From a virus, in the IMG/VR virus record IMGVR_UViG_3300008255_000099, positions 64,001 through 128,000 of that record: DNA of 64,000 nt, one strand, 5' to 3'. The notes beneath the pieces were generated by a model. The model saw only the letters and a list, made by a program, of their open reading frames with translations, searched no databases and was not told where the DNA came from. Numbering within the stretch: position 1 is the first letter of the stretch; each line of letters starts with the position of its first letter. The translations under genes were made by a program, and so were the position numbers. Positions 36,902 through 46,500 of the stretch are shown here, piece by piece.

Positions 36902-38449
36902 TTAGATATCTAACCCAATTAGTTGAAGTTCAACAGTTGCAAGAGCGTCTGTTTCGGCTTCTGTTTCTCCAACATGGAGATTGAGATAATCACTTGCTTC
37001 GATTGTTTGATTTATAGGAACAAAATATTCTCTAGGAATAGTTGCGCTATAAACAACACCAAGTTGATCTAAATCAACACCAGCGGTTAGAGTACCACTA
37101 ACTTCAACCCTTGTCCAATAAAGGTCTTCGGTTGAAATTGTGGTTGGGGGTGTTGCACCAAGCAAGGTTGAACTTGCTGCTACTCTTCTCCAATCTGCGG
37201 GAATTGCAAATGTTATGGCACCATCAATAGCGAGCATTGCTCCACCACTAGCTGTTCCATCAGTTGCGCTTGCATCAACCCATTCAAAACCATTCCAATA
37301 ACTTAAAGTTATTGTTTCTGCGGCTGCGTTTGGAGTTGTCCCGACATCAACTACAATTCCACCATAAATGCTTGAATGACCTATGTAAACATAGTCAGAT
37401 GTTGTCCATTGAGTGACAATGTTAGAAACACCGGCACCACCATCAGCAAGAGCAGAAGTAATATCAGCTAAAGTGGCATTATCGCTGCTAACAACAGCAT
37501 CAAAATCTCCACCATAACCAATTGCTTCAATCCCCACTAATGGCTCTTCATCTGGAATAACAATTCTTTCTATTTCAACATCGGCGTCAAAGTTTGCAGA
37601 TGACACAATTTGAATCCAATAAGCTTCAGCAGTCCCCGAGAGTTTAGTTAATTCCCAATCGCCTGGTTTTTCGTACCAAGCAATCCAACCGCTTTGAGCT
37701 AATGTAATTCCTCCAGCAGTTGTTAAATCATCAACATTATCGAAATCGGTCCAAGCTGAACCATTCCAATATCTAATTGTTAATGAGCTTGTTGTGCTGT
37801 TAACACTTGCTGTCATATCAACATAAACACCAGCAAATTTTCTTGTTGGAGATCCAAGATAAAGAGCATTATCTTCATCTGCGTTCCCCACAAAAAGGTC
37901 TAATGTTGTTGTTGTGTCTGGGAGACCGATACTTGTGACAACATCATATTCATCAATATAACCAAATGTTGTGATCTGTTCAAGATATTCTCCTGGGTTT
38001 CCCTTTGTTAATAACATATGAACTTTGTTGTCAAGGTTTAAAACACCAGAACCATCGTCAACTGCTGGCAATGTTGTGGCTTTCAAAACAACTTTTGTCA
38101 AAGCTAAAGATCGTCTTGGTCTTAAATAAGCTAATGGCATTCTTGAAGCTGTATCAAAAGCGGTATCAGCTAATTGGATATCTAATGTGACTAAAGGTAA
38201 ATAATTTCTTTTAACAGCATCAGATTTCCCAAGGCGATAACTGGCTGCATTTGATGAGAAACCACCAGTTTCTGAATCATCAATTTCGCCAATATGCTGA
38301 AGTTTACCGGCTCTAATGTGTGGGATAACTAATTCCACCTGATCGGCTGGTAAAACAAATGTTTCACCATAACCGAAGTTGTTGCCTTTAACTCCAACTT
38401 TCCCTGGTCCTCTATGTGTTACTTGAAATTTATGTAGGTTCACTGACAT
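36902..38449 (-). CDS. Virion structural protein (beta-rich, fibre/decoration-like), tandem paralogue 2
   Basis: 515 aa, collinear with 38462-40021; internal YWNGxxW duplication; AAGGAGG RBS. Confidence 0.65.
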   Translation of the reverse strand: MSVNLHKFQVTHRGPGKVGVKGNNFGYGETFVLPADQVELVIPHIRAGKLQHIGEIDDSETGGFSSNAASYRLGKSDAVKRNYLPLVTLDIQLADTAFDTASRMPLAYLRPRRSLALTKVVLKATTLPAVDDGSGVLNLDNKVHMLLTKGNPGEYLEQITTFGYIDEYDVVTSIGLPDTTTTLDLFVGNADEDNALYLGSPTRKFAGVYVDMTASVNSTTSSLTIRYWNGSAWTDFDNVDDLTTAGGITLAQSGWIAWYEKPGDWELTKLSGTAEAYWIQIVSSANFDADVEIERIVIPDEEPLVGIEAIGYGGDFDAVVSSDNATLADITSALADGGAGVSNIVTQWTTSDYVYIGHSSIYGGIVVDVGTTPNAAAETITLSYWNGFEWVDASATDGTASGGAMLAIDGAITFAIPADWRRVAASSTLLGATPPTTISTEDLYWTRVEVSGTLTAGVDLDQLGVVYSATIPREYFVPINQTIEASDYLNLHVGETEAETDALATVELQLIGLDI

Positions 38450-38461
38450 AATTGACCTCCT

Positions 38462-40021
38462 TTATACATCAATTCCAATTAATTGCAATTCGACTCCTGA
38501 AAGTGCATCGGTTTCAGCTTCTACTTCTCCGACATAGAGATTAAGATAATCACTTGCTGCGATGTAAGTATTAACTGGTGCCTCAAATTCGATTGGCATC
38601 TGTGCGCTTCTAGCAATTCTTATTAGATCCAAATCAAAGCTTGGGGTTAGGTTCCCGTCAACCACTAATTTTAACCAATAAAGTTCATCAGTTGAAATTG
38701 TAGTTGGGGGTGTTGCACCTAAAACAGTTGAACTTGCTGCTGCTTTTCTCCAGTCTGCTGGAATTGCAAACGTTACAGTTCCGTCAACTTTCATTGTATC
38801 TGCAACAGAATTTGTTCCGTCAGTTGCACTAGTATCAACCCATTCGAAACCATTCCAATAACTAACTGTCATTGTTGAAACAGCGTCGTTAACGGTTGTC
38901 CCCACATCAATTGTTAGTCCACCATGAGCTGCTGCTGAACCAAAATACATTGCATCGTCTGCCGCTGCCCATTGGGTGCCAAGCATATTTTGCAAACCAG
39001 AGCCACCAGTCGCTAAATCTGAAGTGACATCAGAAAGGGTTGTATCATCTTCAAGAACGATAGCATCAAAATCGCCACCATTCAAAACAACATCCATACC
39101 TACGACTGGTTGATCGTCTGGGATAACAATTCTTTCGATTTCAGTGTCAGCGTCAAGGTTGCCGGAAACAACAATTTGAACCCAATAAGCTTCTTCTGTC
39201 GTTCCAGATACTGAACCACTAACAGTTGATTTTTCCCAGTTGGAAGGGAATTCATACCAAGCAATCCAACCGCTTTGTGCCAAAGTGGCTCCTGCTTTTT
39301 GTGTCAGGTCATTGACATTATCAAACTCAACCCAAGTAGAACCATTGTAATACTTAATTGTTGAGATAACTGATGCATTTGAGTTTGGAGTTGCTGTCAT
39401 ATCAACATAAACACCTGAGAATTTTTCAGAGTTTCCAAGATAAATCTTGTCTGTTGCTGCAACCATTGCGTCGATAACAGTACCTGTGTCTGGAAGACCC
39501 AAACTTGTCATAACACCAGCATCATCAAGATAACCATAAGTTGTAATCTGAGTTGGTGTTGCTCCTGGGTCGCCTTTTGTTAACAACATTGAAACTTGGT
39601 TGTCAATGTTGAGTGTTCCAGAGCCGTTTCCATCAGATGGAAGAACTGCTGCTTTTAACGAAACTTTATGTAAAGCCATTGATCGTCTTGGCCTTAAATA
39701 AGCCAATGCAACAGTTGCAGGTGTGTCAAAAGCTGTATCATCTAGGTCAATATCTAAAGTGACCATCGGCCAGAAGTTTCTTTTAACAGCATCACCCTTG
39801 CCTCTAATATAGTTTAACATTGCAGTTGAAACAACTGAATCATTATCATCAACTTCACCACGATAGGCGATTTTTCTTGTAACTATATCATTGACTTTAA
39901 CTCGTTGGAGTTGATCTGCTGGCAAGTAAAAAACATCTCCATAAGATAGAAGCTTACCACCAACATTAGTGTTGCCTGGGCCTCTAAATACACATTCAAA
40001 TTTATGAATATTTGTGGACAT
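38462..40021 (-). CDS. Virion structural protein (beta-rich, fibre/decoration-like), tandem paralogue 1
   Basis: 519 aa; shares blocks such as LAYLRPRRS, LAQSGWIAWYE and TPPTTIST with 36902-38449. Confidence 0.65.
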   Translation of the reverse strand: MSTNIHKFECVFRGPGNTNVGGKLLSYGDVFYLPADQLQRVKVNDIVTRKIAYRGEVDDNDSVVSTAMLNYIRGKGDAVKRNFWPMVTLDIDLDDTAFDTPATVALAYLRPRRSMALHKVSLKAAVLPSDGNGSGTLNIDNQVSMLLTKGDPGATPTQITTYGYLDDAGVMTSLGLPDTGTVIDAMVAATDKIYLGNSEKFSGVYVDMTATPNSNASVISTIKYYNGSTWVEFDNVNDLTQKAGATLAQSGWIAWYEFPSNWEKSTVSGSVSGTTEEAYWVQIVVSGNLDADTEIERIVIPDDQPVVGMDVVLNGGDFDAIVLEDDTTLSDVTSDLATGGSGLQNMLGTQWAAADDAMYFGSAAAHGGLTIDVGTTVNDAVSTMTVSYWNGFEWVDTSATDGTNSVADTMKVDGTVTFAIPADWRKAAASSTVLGATPPTTISTDELYWLKLVVDGNLTPSFDLDLIRIARSAQMPIEFEAPVNTYIAASDYLNLYVGEVEAETDALSGVELQLIGIDV

Positions 40022-40201
40022 ACTTTGCCTCCTATTTTCTTTCTAACGAACAATATTGCTCACTATCCAGTCAATTATATATGGATTTCAAAAACTCCTT
40101 CTTTTTTTCAAAAAAATTTTGGTTTTTTGGGTTTGGCTACGGTAAAATATTCCAATTTTTCAAAAAAGGTGAAAATCTATAGATTTAATAAATTAAGAAT
40201 T

Positions 40202-41032
40202 ATGATTTCATTAAAATTTTCAGAGAAACTAGATCAATTTGGGATGAACAAAGAAAGTGATTTCTTTATGAAAATCGCTATGTCAGACAGAATTTCAAGG
40301 CTTGCTGATAAAGATTCAACTCAAATTATTAAAAAAATTAAAGAACACATTCTAAAACGCAATGAAGCTCAACCATATTTTTCTGAAAATTCATTTTCGC
40401 TAAAATACATCTCGGAAACAATTGGAAAAATCGGAATTTATGTAGATACAGTTTTTCAAAGTGTTAAAAAATTTGATGATATTGCCGTTGTTGATGGCAG
40501 ATCTAGTGGAAAAAGAGATGAGGACGAGGAAAATATTATAGAACTAAAAATAGAAACACATAGAAATAATTTTTTAAAAAGTGAAGTTTTAATTAAAAAA
40601 TTAATGTTTAGGATTTCTTTCACGGTAAGGCATGAGGTTGAACATTTATATCAAGTTTATTTTGGTATAATTGATAAAGATTATGAGCCAGAACATTCAG
40701 CCACCGAAAAATATTATTTAGATTCAATAGAAATAAAAGCTAACGCCGCAGCATTAGCCTTTGTTTCTGGCCTGATTAAATCAGAAGATATTATTTCATA
40801 TGAAGAGTTTTATACAATAATGAAAAAAGAATATATGAATTTATATAATGAGCTTCCAGATCTTGAATATGTTAGGGGGAAATATAAAGAATTTATTTTT
40901 GAAAAAACCCCAGAAATAGTAGAGTTAATTCAAAAATTTGTAATTCATTTTTCAGATCAATTTTTAAGAATAGCTGTCTACAATGAAATATTAGATGAAT
41001 TAAAAAACAGATTCCCAGAATTATTTGAATAG
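40202..41032 (+). CDS. Putative zincin metallopeptidase, probably virion-associated
   Basis: Start moved to MISLKFSEK; VRHEVEHLYQ (HExxH) plus YYLDSIEIKANA; N-terminal LD..G..KE.D...KIA motif. Confidence 0.6.
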   Translation: MISLKFSEKLDQFGMNKESDFFMKIAMSDRISRLADKDSTQIIKKIKEHILKRNEAQPYFSENSFSLKYISETIGKIGIYVDTVFQSVKKFDDIAVVDGRSSGKRDEDEENIIELKIETHRNNFLKSEVLIKKLMFRISFTVRHEVEHLYQVYFGIIDKDYEPEHSATEKYYLDSIEIKANAAALAFVSGLIKSEDIISYEEFYTIMKKEYMNLYNELPDLEYVRGKYKEFIFEKTPEIVELIQKFVIHFSDQFLRIAVYNEILDELKNRFPELFE

Positions 41033-41044
41033 ATCAATTAAAAT

Positions 41045-43105
41045 TTAACCATTTTTACTTTTTCTGGTTCCGTAAATTCTTTGACCATTCCCTTGTGTCA
41101 TACTTGAAGCGAGCATTCTTTCTGCTGGATCTGCATAAAGTCTAGCGGTAACTGTTTTAGGTAATCTAATACTCCCAGAGCCACCTTTTAATGCTTGATA
41201 TGCAGCAGAAGCAATACAATCTGGGATATCATCGAATTGCCCAGATGCTGCTTCAATTCTAAATCCATTTCTAGAATATTTCTTTTGAAGATATTTAAAT
41301 TGTTGTTTTGCATGTTTTGCGTTATCGCCGAATTCATAGATATCAATTAATCCATCTTGAAAAAGATTGAGAAGAGTTGTGTAAATTTCTTGGATATAAT
41401 TACTTGTAAATTTTGTTTCACGACAAGGGAGACCTAGTGATTTCATTTTTTGTAATGATGTGGTGGAGCCCCATTGATCATATGTCAAACTTATGATGTT
41501 AAATTTATTGACACAAGCATCTATTATATATTGATCCACATCGTTGATAATAACTTGTCCTGTTTTTTTAGGTTCCCATAGTTTTATATGATCTACAATT
41601 ATTTTTTTCTTCCATCCGAATTTTGGATGTCTAATATCAGAGTTTTCGACATGGAGAACAACAAAAGCATAATTATCTGAGGTGTGTGCTGGGTCAGCAT
41701 GTGCAAAATAAATCTCATCAGGAATTCCATACTCTTTTCTTGAATAATTTTTAAATGCCATATCTATGAGAACAGAAGGAATTAACGGTTCTTTTGCACC
41801 ATCGTTGAATTCCGCACCATACTGCATCGCCCAAACGTCTGAATCTTTTTCTTTTTCTTCTTCTAGGAATTCACTGGAAATTGCTGGGTTGCAAATTTTT
41901 GTTGGCAACTGAAACATTAACGGGTTTTTCATGGTAAAACTATCATTATAAAGTTTCCACAAAAGGCCCTCTTGAGCGAGCGGGTTAGAGATTGCAATAA
42001 CACGTCCATCATTGCCGAATGTTGAAATTGATGGCTTTAGTTTATTATAAAGTTCAAAATCACTACTTTTTGAATCTTCTTTAGTAATCATTTCTGCAAC
42101 TTCGTCCATAATCACAACAGCTACAGTTTTACCTACCTGAGATGCTGAGTTGGATGTTCCTGAAAGAATTTGAATTGAACCATCAGTTGTAGGAAGTCCA
42201 GTTGCTATTAATTCTTTATTCCTTTCAATATCTTTTTCTGTAAAAAGCCTCATTGATTGAACACCCATTTTTTTGGGATTTATTTTTGTTTTAAAATAAG
42301 CAGAATCCAAGGCAAGTGTTTTTATCTTTTCAAACACAGATTCTTTTGCCTGATCTTCAGCCACAGCAACATTTAGGATGGTGATGGGTTCACCAGAAAG
42401 CAACTTTTTCTTTGCATGGGGATCGCCCATTTCTATCAAGCGATATGCTTCATAAAGAGCTATTGTTGCAGTTAGTAACGATTTCCCCGAGCGTCGTCCC
42501 AGGACTAAAACCAGTTCTTTGAATGATTTCCCGACTTTATCAAGAATCTGTTTTTTAACATCTGGTTTATCTGCTAAATCTCTTTCAATTAAATCAACCT
42601 CATTAATAAAATTATCATTAAACTCAATTATATCAAGCCAATCCGAAATCTCTTCTTTTGTTAATTCTCCATCAGAAATCTGATTGATGAAAAAGTCCTC
42701 TCTCATTTTTTCATTAAAATTAATACAACTTAAGCATGGTGATTCAAATTTTGGAAGTTCTATATTATTCCAGACACAATTAATACATTTATGTTCTTGT
42801 GAGTCGTTGAGTTTTACATGTCTATTCCCAGATGCCCCCATATAAAAAATTTTAAGAATTAATTTTTGCCATGGTCTAAGAGTTAATCCAAGAAAATATG
42901 AGCTTTCACAGAATGTCTCAATATCTACATATCTAAAAGGGTTATCATCAGAAACATCACCGACATTTCTTTTTTGTTGATCTTTTACAATCTCTTCTTC
43001 AAAAAACGAATCAAAAACATCACCTGCTGTATTTGCTATTGATCCTTTATCTATATTTTTTCTCATTTTATTTTCCTGAAAGCTACACATTCCGTTTTTG
43101 ATCAA
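41045..43105 (-). CDS. terL: Terminase large subunit
   Basis: LVLGRRSGKS Walker A, VVIMDEVAE Walker B, nuclease motifs AHADPA and DDIPDCIA. Confidence 0.9.
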   Translation of the reverse strand: MIKNGMCSFQENKMRKNIDKGSIANTAGDVFDSFFEEEIVKDQQKRNVGDVSDDNPFRYVDIETFCESSYFLGLTLRPWQKLILKIFYMGASGNRHVKLNDSQEHKCINCVWNNIELPKFESPCLSCINFNEKMREDFFINQISDGELTKEEISDWLDIIEFNDNFINEVDLIERDLADKPDVKKQILDKVGKSFKELVLVLGRRSGKSLLTATIALYEAYRLIEMGDPHAKKKLLSGEPITILNVAVAEDQAKESVFEKIKTLALDSAYFKTKINPKKMGVQSMRLFTEKDIERNKELIATGLPTTDGSIQILSGTSNSASQVGKTVAVVIMDEVAEMITKEDSKSSDFELYNKLKPSISTFGNDGRVIAISNPLAQEGLLWKLYNDSFTMKNPLMFQLPTKICNPAISSEFLEEEKEKDSDVWAMQYGAEFNDGAKEPLIPSVLIDMAFKNYSRKEYGIPDEIYFAHADPAHTSDNYAFVVLHVENSDIRHPKFGWKKKIIVDHIKLWEPKKTGQVIINDVDQYIIDACVNKFNIISLTYDQWGSTTSLQKMKSLGLPCRETKFTSNYIQEIYTTLLNLFQDGLIDIYEFGDNAKHAKQQFKYLQKKYSRNGFRIEAASGQFDDIPDCIASAAYQALKGGSGSIRLPKTVTARLYADPAERMLASSMTQGNGQRIYGTRKSKNG

Positions 43106-43808
43106 AAACGTCCTTCAATTCAAGGACTTTTCGATCAATTAAATCTCTTGTGTCTTCGTCTTTAATTTCCTGTTTTAATTCTAACATTTTCCCAAGAAAC
43201 ATTTGTGTCACTTCTGAAATTGCTTGTTCTGTTTCATCTTGTAATCCAGAAATTTCATATTTTATTTTAACAAAAGAAACAATTGTTTTTAAAATTCCAT
43301 TGACCGTGTTTGCTACTTTTTCTGTTGTCCCAAGATCATCAGATGTGTCAAACCCTTTAACCTCACCAACCAATTCCCAAAGTGCCGCCATACCATAATC
43401 AATTGATTCTTTTTGAAATTCTCGCATATCATTTTTTGCGTTTTTTACTTTTTCTAACCAATCTATCTTAATCGGAGACCAATCACAATGTTTCCTTAAA
43501 TGATTTGAAAGAGAAGGATAAGTATAAGTCAATCCTTTTTCATTAAAATATTCTTTAATTTTATTAACATTCCATCCACGTATATACATCTCTTCTATTT
43601 GTCTTGCGTGAGGGCAATTGCAAATCCTGCATTGACCAACTTTCTTTACATCATAAGGAACTTTTTCAAAATTATCCAACAAAATAGTTTCAGAATCAGG
43701 AGTCAGTGCTTCAACATCTCTTTCAAACTTTTCTATGTCTGACATCATGCTAGATGTTTCTTTCAAATTTGAAAGTAAATCTTTTACATCATCTTCTTGT
43801 TCTCTCAT
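43083..43808 (-). CDS. Putative terminase small subunit
   Basis: Overlaps the terL start; CRICNC...HLRKHC zinc/HTH region followed by helical region. Confidence 0.55.
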   Translation of the reverse strand: MREQEDDVKDLLSNLKETSSMMSDIEKFERDVEALTPDSETILLDNFEKVPYDVKKVGQCRICNCPHARQIEEMYIRGWNVNKIKEYFNEKGLTYTYPSLSNHLRKHCDWSPIKIDWLEKVKNAKNDMREFQKESIDYGMAALWELVGEVKGFDTSDDLGTTEKVANTVNGILKTIVSFVKIKYEISGLQDETEQAISEVTQMFLGKMLELKQEIKDEDTRDLIDRKVLELKDVFDQKRNV

Positions 43809-43843
43809 TTTAGGTCTCCAATCTTTAAAGGTTTATAGGTTAC

Positions 43844-43902
43844 AATTCAAACTTTTTCTTAATATTCCTTTTTTGAAGGAAAAAGCAAAACTTTATAGAA
43901 TA
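43844..43902. promoter_or_regulatory. Divergent pair of SigH-like promoters
   Basis: Minus strand AAGGA-N17-GAATT (43844-43869); plus strand AAGGA-N17-GAATA (43877-43902). Confidence 0.7.
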
Positions 43903-43929
43903 AAAATAGAAAAAATTGGAGTTAAATTC

Positions 43930-44679
43930 ATGGAATTAGAAAGAGATGATATAATTGGAACTAATTTAGAATCATTAATCGCAAAAGTTAGAAAAATGAA
44001 GGTTTTATCTCAGGCTTTTGAATATGAGACAGATTCCCCAGGGGCTGTTGATGAAATTTCACAAAACATTGGTGAATCAAATCCCTCTGGTGTTCAAACA
44101 CAGGGCCTTTTTGTTAAACTTAATGAAATCCCTCAATTCCAATCAACAGTTGAGAATTTAAATCAACAATTAAATGTTGATGAGATTCTTCAAAAAGTTA
44201 TGGCTGGTCAGGATGTTAATAGCGTTCTTCAACAATCATGGGTGGATCTTGGTGTGATTATAAATTGGGCAAAATGGTTAAGAGATAATTTTGGGATGAA
44301 AGATTATAAGAAATTTATGCAAGTTGTTCAAAATCCTGTATCTGAATTTGTTATTTATCCACAAGGGAGAGAAGATATTAAACAACATGAACTTTCAGAG
44401 CAAAGAGGCGATAAAGTAAATAGTGGCTTTGTCAGCAATTTAGCAAAACAATATTTATCTCCTGATATTCCTGATGAATGGAAGCAATATTATTCTGATT
44501 ATTTCCATAAATTGCAACAACAAAGACTTTATGATATGGGATATTCAGATAATTTAGATCAAGAATTTGCAGCAAGATATAATCAAGGCGGGGACGAGGG
44601 ATTAGATGCAGCAGCAAAAGAATATTCTGATATTGTTAATTCTGAATATAAAAAATTTATGGAACAAAAAGACAAATAA
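43930..44679 (+). CDS. Hypothetical protein
   Basis: Start moved to MELERDD, downstream of the promoter with GGAG RBS. Confidence 0.65.
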   Translation: MELERDDIIGTNLESLIAKVRKMKVLSQAFEYETDSPGAVDEISQNIGESNPSGVQTQGLFVKLNEIPQFQSTVENLNQQLNVDEILQKVMAGQDVNSVLQQSWVDLGVIINWAKWLRDNFGMKDYKKFMQVVQNPVSEFVIYPQGREDIKQHELSEQRGDKVNSGFVSNLAKQYLSPDIPDEWKQYYSDYFHKLQQQRLYDMGYSDNLDQEFAARYNQGGDEGLDAAAKEYSDIVNSEYKKFMEQKDK

Positions 44680-44700
44680 ATAAAATATTCCAGTTGATGC

Positions 44701-44751
44701 CTCTCTCGATTCTGTGTTAGCCTTTTGGTCGGATGGCCACGGCCGAGGGAG
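44701..44751 (+). promoter_or_regulatory. GC-rich leader structure pairing with the RBS
   Basis: ctctctcg (44701-08) pairs with cgagggag (44744-51, contains the SD); inner stem ctgtg/cacgg. Confidence 0.5.
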
Positions 44752-44759
44752 TCCTAATC

Positions 44760-45137
44760 ATGTCCAGTGAACCGGAAGAAGCACAAGGCGGAAACACGAG
44801 CAAAGATGAAGCCACAGATAAATTTCTCGCCGATATTACGAAATCTTTGAATGCATTAAAAGAAAAAGAAAAATCTATCACAAAGATTCTTATTATTGAA
44901 AAGGTTCTTCGAAGAATTAGTTATATTGTGATGGGCGGGGTAGTCGGTTATGCCGTTTCTAAATTGGCTAATCTTGGGACGATCTTTAAAATTATCTGCA
45001 CCTTATGCGGTTCGCAAATTTCTGAAGATCTTTTAATTAGAATTGAAAAGGAAGAGAGAAGAGCTTATCAATCAGATCAAAAAAATGAAGAAATAATGGA
45101 TTTTATGATAGGTAAAACACAAGAAAGACTCAATTAA
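44760..45137 (+). CDS. Small membrane protein (holin-like candidate)
   Basis: Start MSSEPEE after GAGGGAG; hydrophobic stretch ISYIVMGGVVGYAVSKLANLGTIFKIICTLCG. Confidence 0.5.
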   Translation: MSSEPEEAQGGNTSKDEATDKFLADITKSLNALKEKEKSITKILIIEKVLRRISYIVMGGVVGYAVSKLANLGTIFKIICTLCGSQISEDLLIRIEKEERRAYQSDQKNEEIMDFMIGKTQERLN

Positions 45138-45138
45138 T

Positions 45139-45348
45139 CTAATTTTGTTCTTCAAGTATTTGATCTAATTCATCTGCTAAACCGAACCATTCAAAAAGTT
45201 CCCTTATGGGGGGTTGATGAAGATCCCTGTTGGCGTCGTCGAGCGCCAACGGGGACCTTTTTTTTGACATCATGTCTGTTGGTTTATAGGTTAAAAAACC
45301 TTCTTCAAAAACAGCAGATATCTTTATTTTTTCAAACTTTTTCTTCAT
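45139..45348 (-). CDS. Small hypothetical protein
   Basis: 69 aa starting MKKKFEKIKISA; overlaps the upstream stop. Confidence 0.55.
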   Translation of the reverse strand: MKKKFEKIKISAVFEEGFLTYKPTDMMSKKRSPLALDDANRDLHQPPIRELFEWFGLADELDQILEEQN

Positions 45349-46151
45349 TCCTGTTTATATCCTATCATTTCGTCAATATTTTGATCATAAAATACTTCGT
45401 TCACAATAATCATATGTTCGCATGGCAACCCTATCTTTTCAAAGTTACCTTTAACAAATCTATCACAATTACATGTTTTTATATTAGGATCAACTGTTAC
45501 TACCTTCTCATCATCTAAAATATTATAAGAATTAACTGATAAATCTGTGCTGAGGCGTGAGATTTTTACCTTGTCTTTTTTAATTTTAGCGTTAAGAGAA
45601 GATCTCAAAAGTTCTTCTTCAACGAAAGGTCTTATTTTTTCATGAATTTGAGTCCATGCCGCAGGATGATTGTCGTTCTTTGCGATACTTGCAAGTTTTA
45701 CCAAATTAGTATAAGATTCTTTTGTCGCTAATTTAACTATCCCATTTTTTGCATTATCATTAGATGTTATAAATTTAATAGAATCTTTAGGCAATTCGCT
45801 TTTAATTAAATCTTCTATATTCTCTTTTAAGTCATTATAGCTATTAGCAATTATATTCTTTTTATTTGAATTAGCAGAAAAAATTAATGAAATGTTTTCT
45901 TTTGAAAATCCATCAGACAAGAGGACTTCTTCTATTTCTTCTTCATTAAGACCTAGTGCTTTATTCTCAACTATAATCGAGGCAATTTTTGATAATTCTT
46001 CTTGCCTAGAATCTTTTTTTGGTTGAGCCCAATTAAGAGCAATTAAATTGGTAGAAACAGATGGTAAATTTGCCTCTCTTTCCCTGTTGGAATCAATTCC
46101 TGATTTTTGTATAAAATCCAATATAGCATTATCTGTTTGTATTTCTCTCAT
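45345..46151 (-). CDS. SWIM zinc-finger protein
   Basis: C-terminal CNC...PCEH (CxC-xn-CxH). Confidence 0.7.
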   Translation of the reverse strand: MREIQTDNAILDFIQKSGIDSNREREANLPSVSTNLIALNWAQPKKDSRQEELSKIASIIVENKALGLNEEEIEEVLLSDGFSKENISLIFSANSNKKNIIANSYNDLKENIEDLIKSELPKDSIKFITSNDNAKNGIVKLATKESYTNLVKLASIAKNDNHPAAWTQIHEKIRPFVEEELLRSSLNAKIKKDKVKISRLSTDLSVNSYNILDDEKVVTVDPNIKTCNCDRFVKGNFEKIGLPCEHMIIVNEVFYDQNIDEMIGYKQE

Positions 46152-46182
46152 TTAGAACCTCCGAATTATTGATTAAATCTAA

Positions 46183-46500
46183 TTAATCTTCTTCTTGTGT
46201 ATTATTTCTATACTTAATTGGATAATTCCTTTGTTTAATAACATCAATATACCAAACGGCTCCACATATCGGACATCCAATCTGCCAAAACATTACTCTA
46301 ATCTTTTGATCTTTACCTCTTTTTTTAAAATCTACAATATCAAAAAATTTACTATGCCTATTTGTACACTTGGGATTTATGCATTCTTTAACCACTGGTT
46401 GTCTTATTCTTTTATTGCCATCTAAAAAAATAAAATCATATTCTACTTCTGAATAATTATTTTTTGTTGGTTTATTCATCTTGAATTTTTTTCTCCTCAA
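46183..46500 (-). CDS. Zinc-ribbon protein
   Basis: ECINPKC...CPICG. Confidence 0.6.
   Translation of the reverse strand: MRRKKFKMNKPTKNNYSEVEYDFIFLDGNKRIRQPVVKECINPKCTNRHSKFFDIVDFKKRGKDQKIRVMFWQIGCPICGAVWYIDVIKQRNYPIKYRNNTQEED

Noticed and set aside
40004-40201. N-terminal extensions in the ORF track (40004, 43735, 52327-52416, 56036-56065)
   Set aside because: They overlap divergent genes or promoters; downstream starts have better RBS or promoter context
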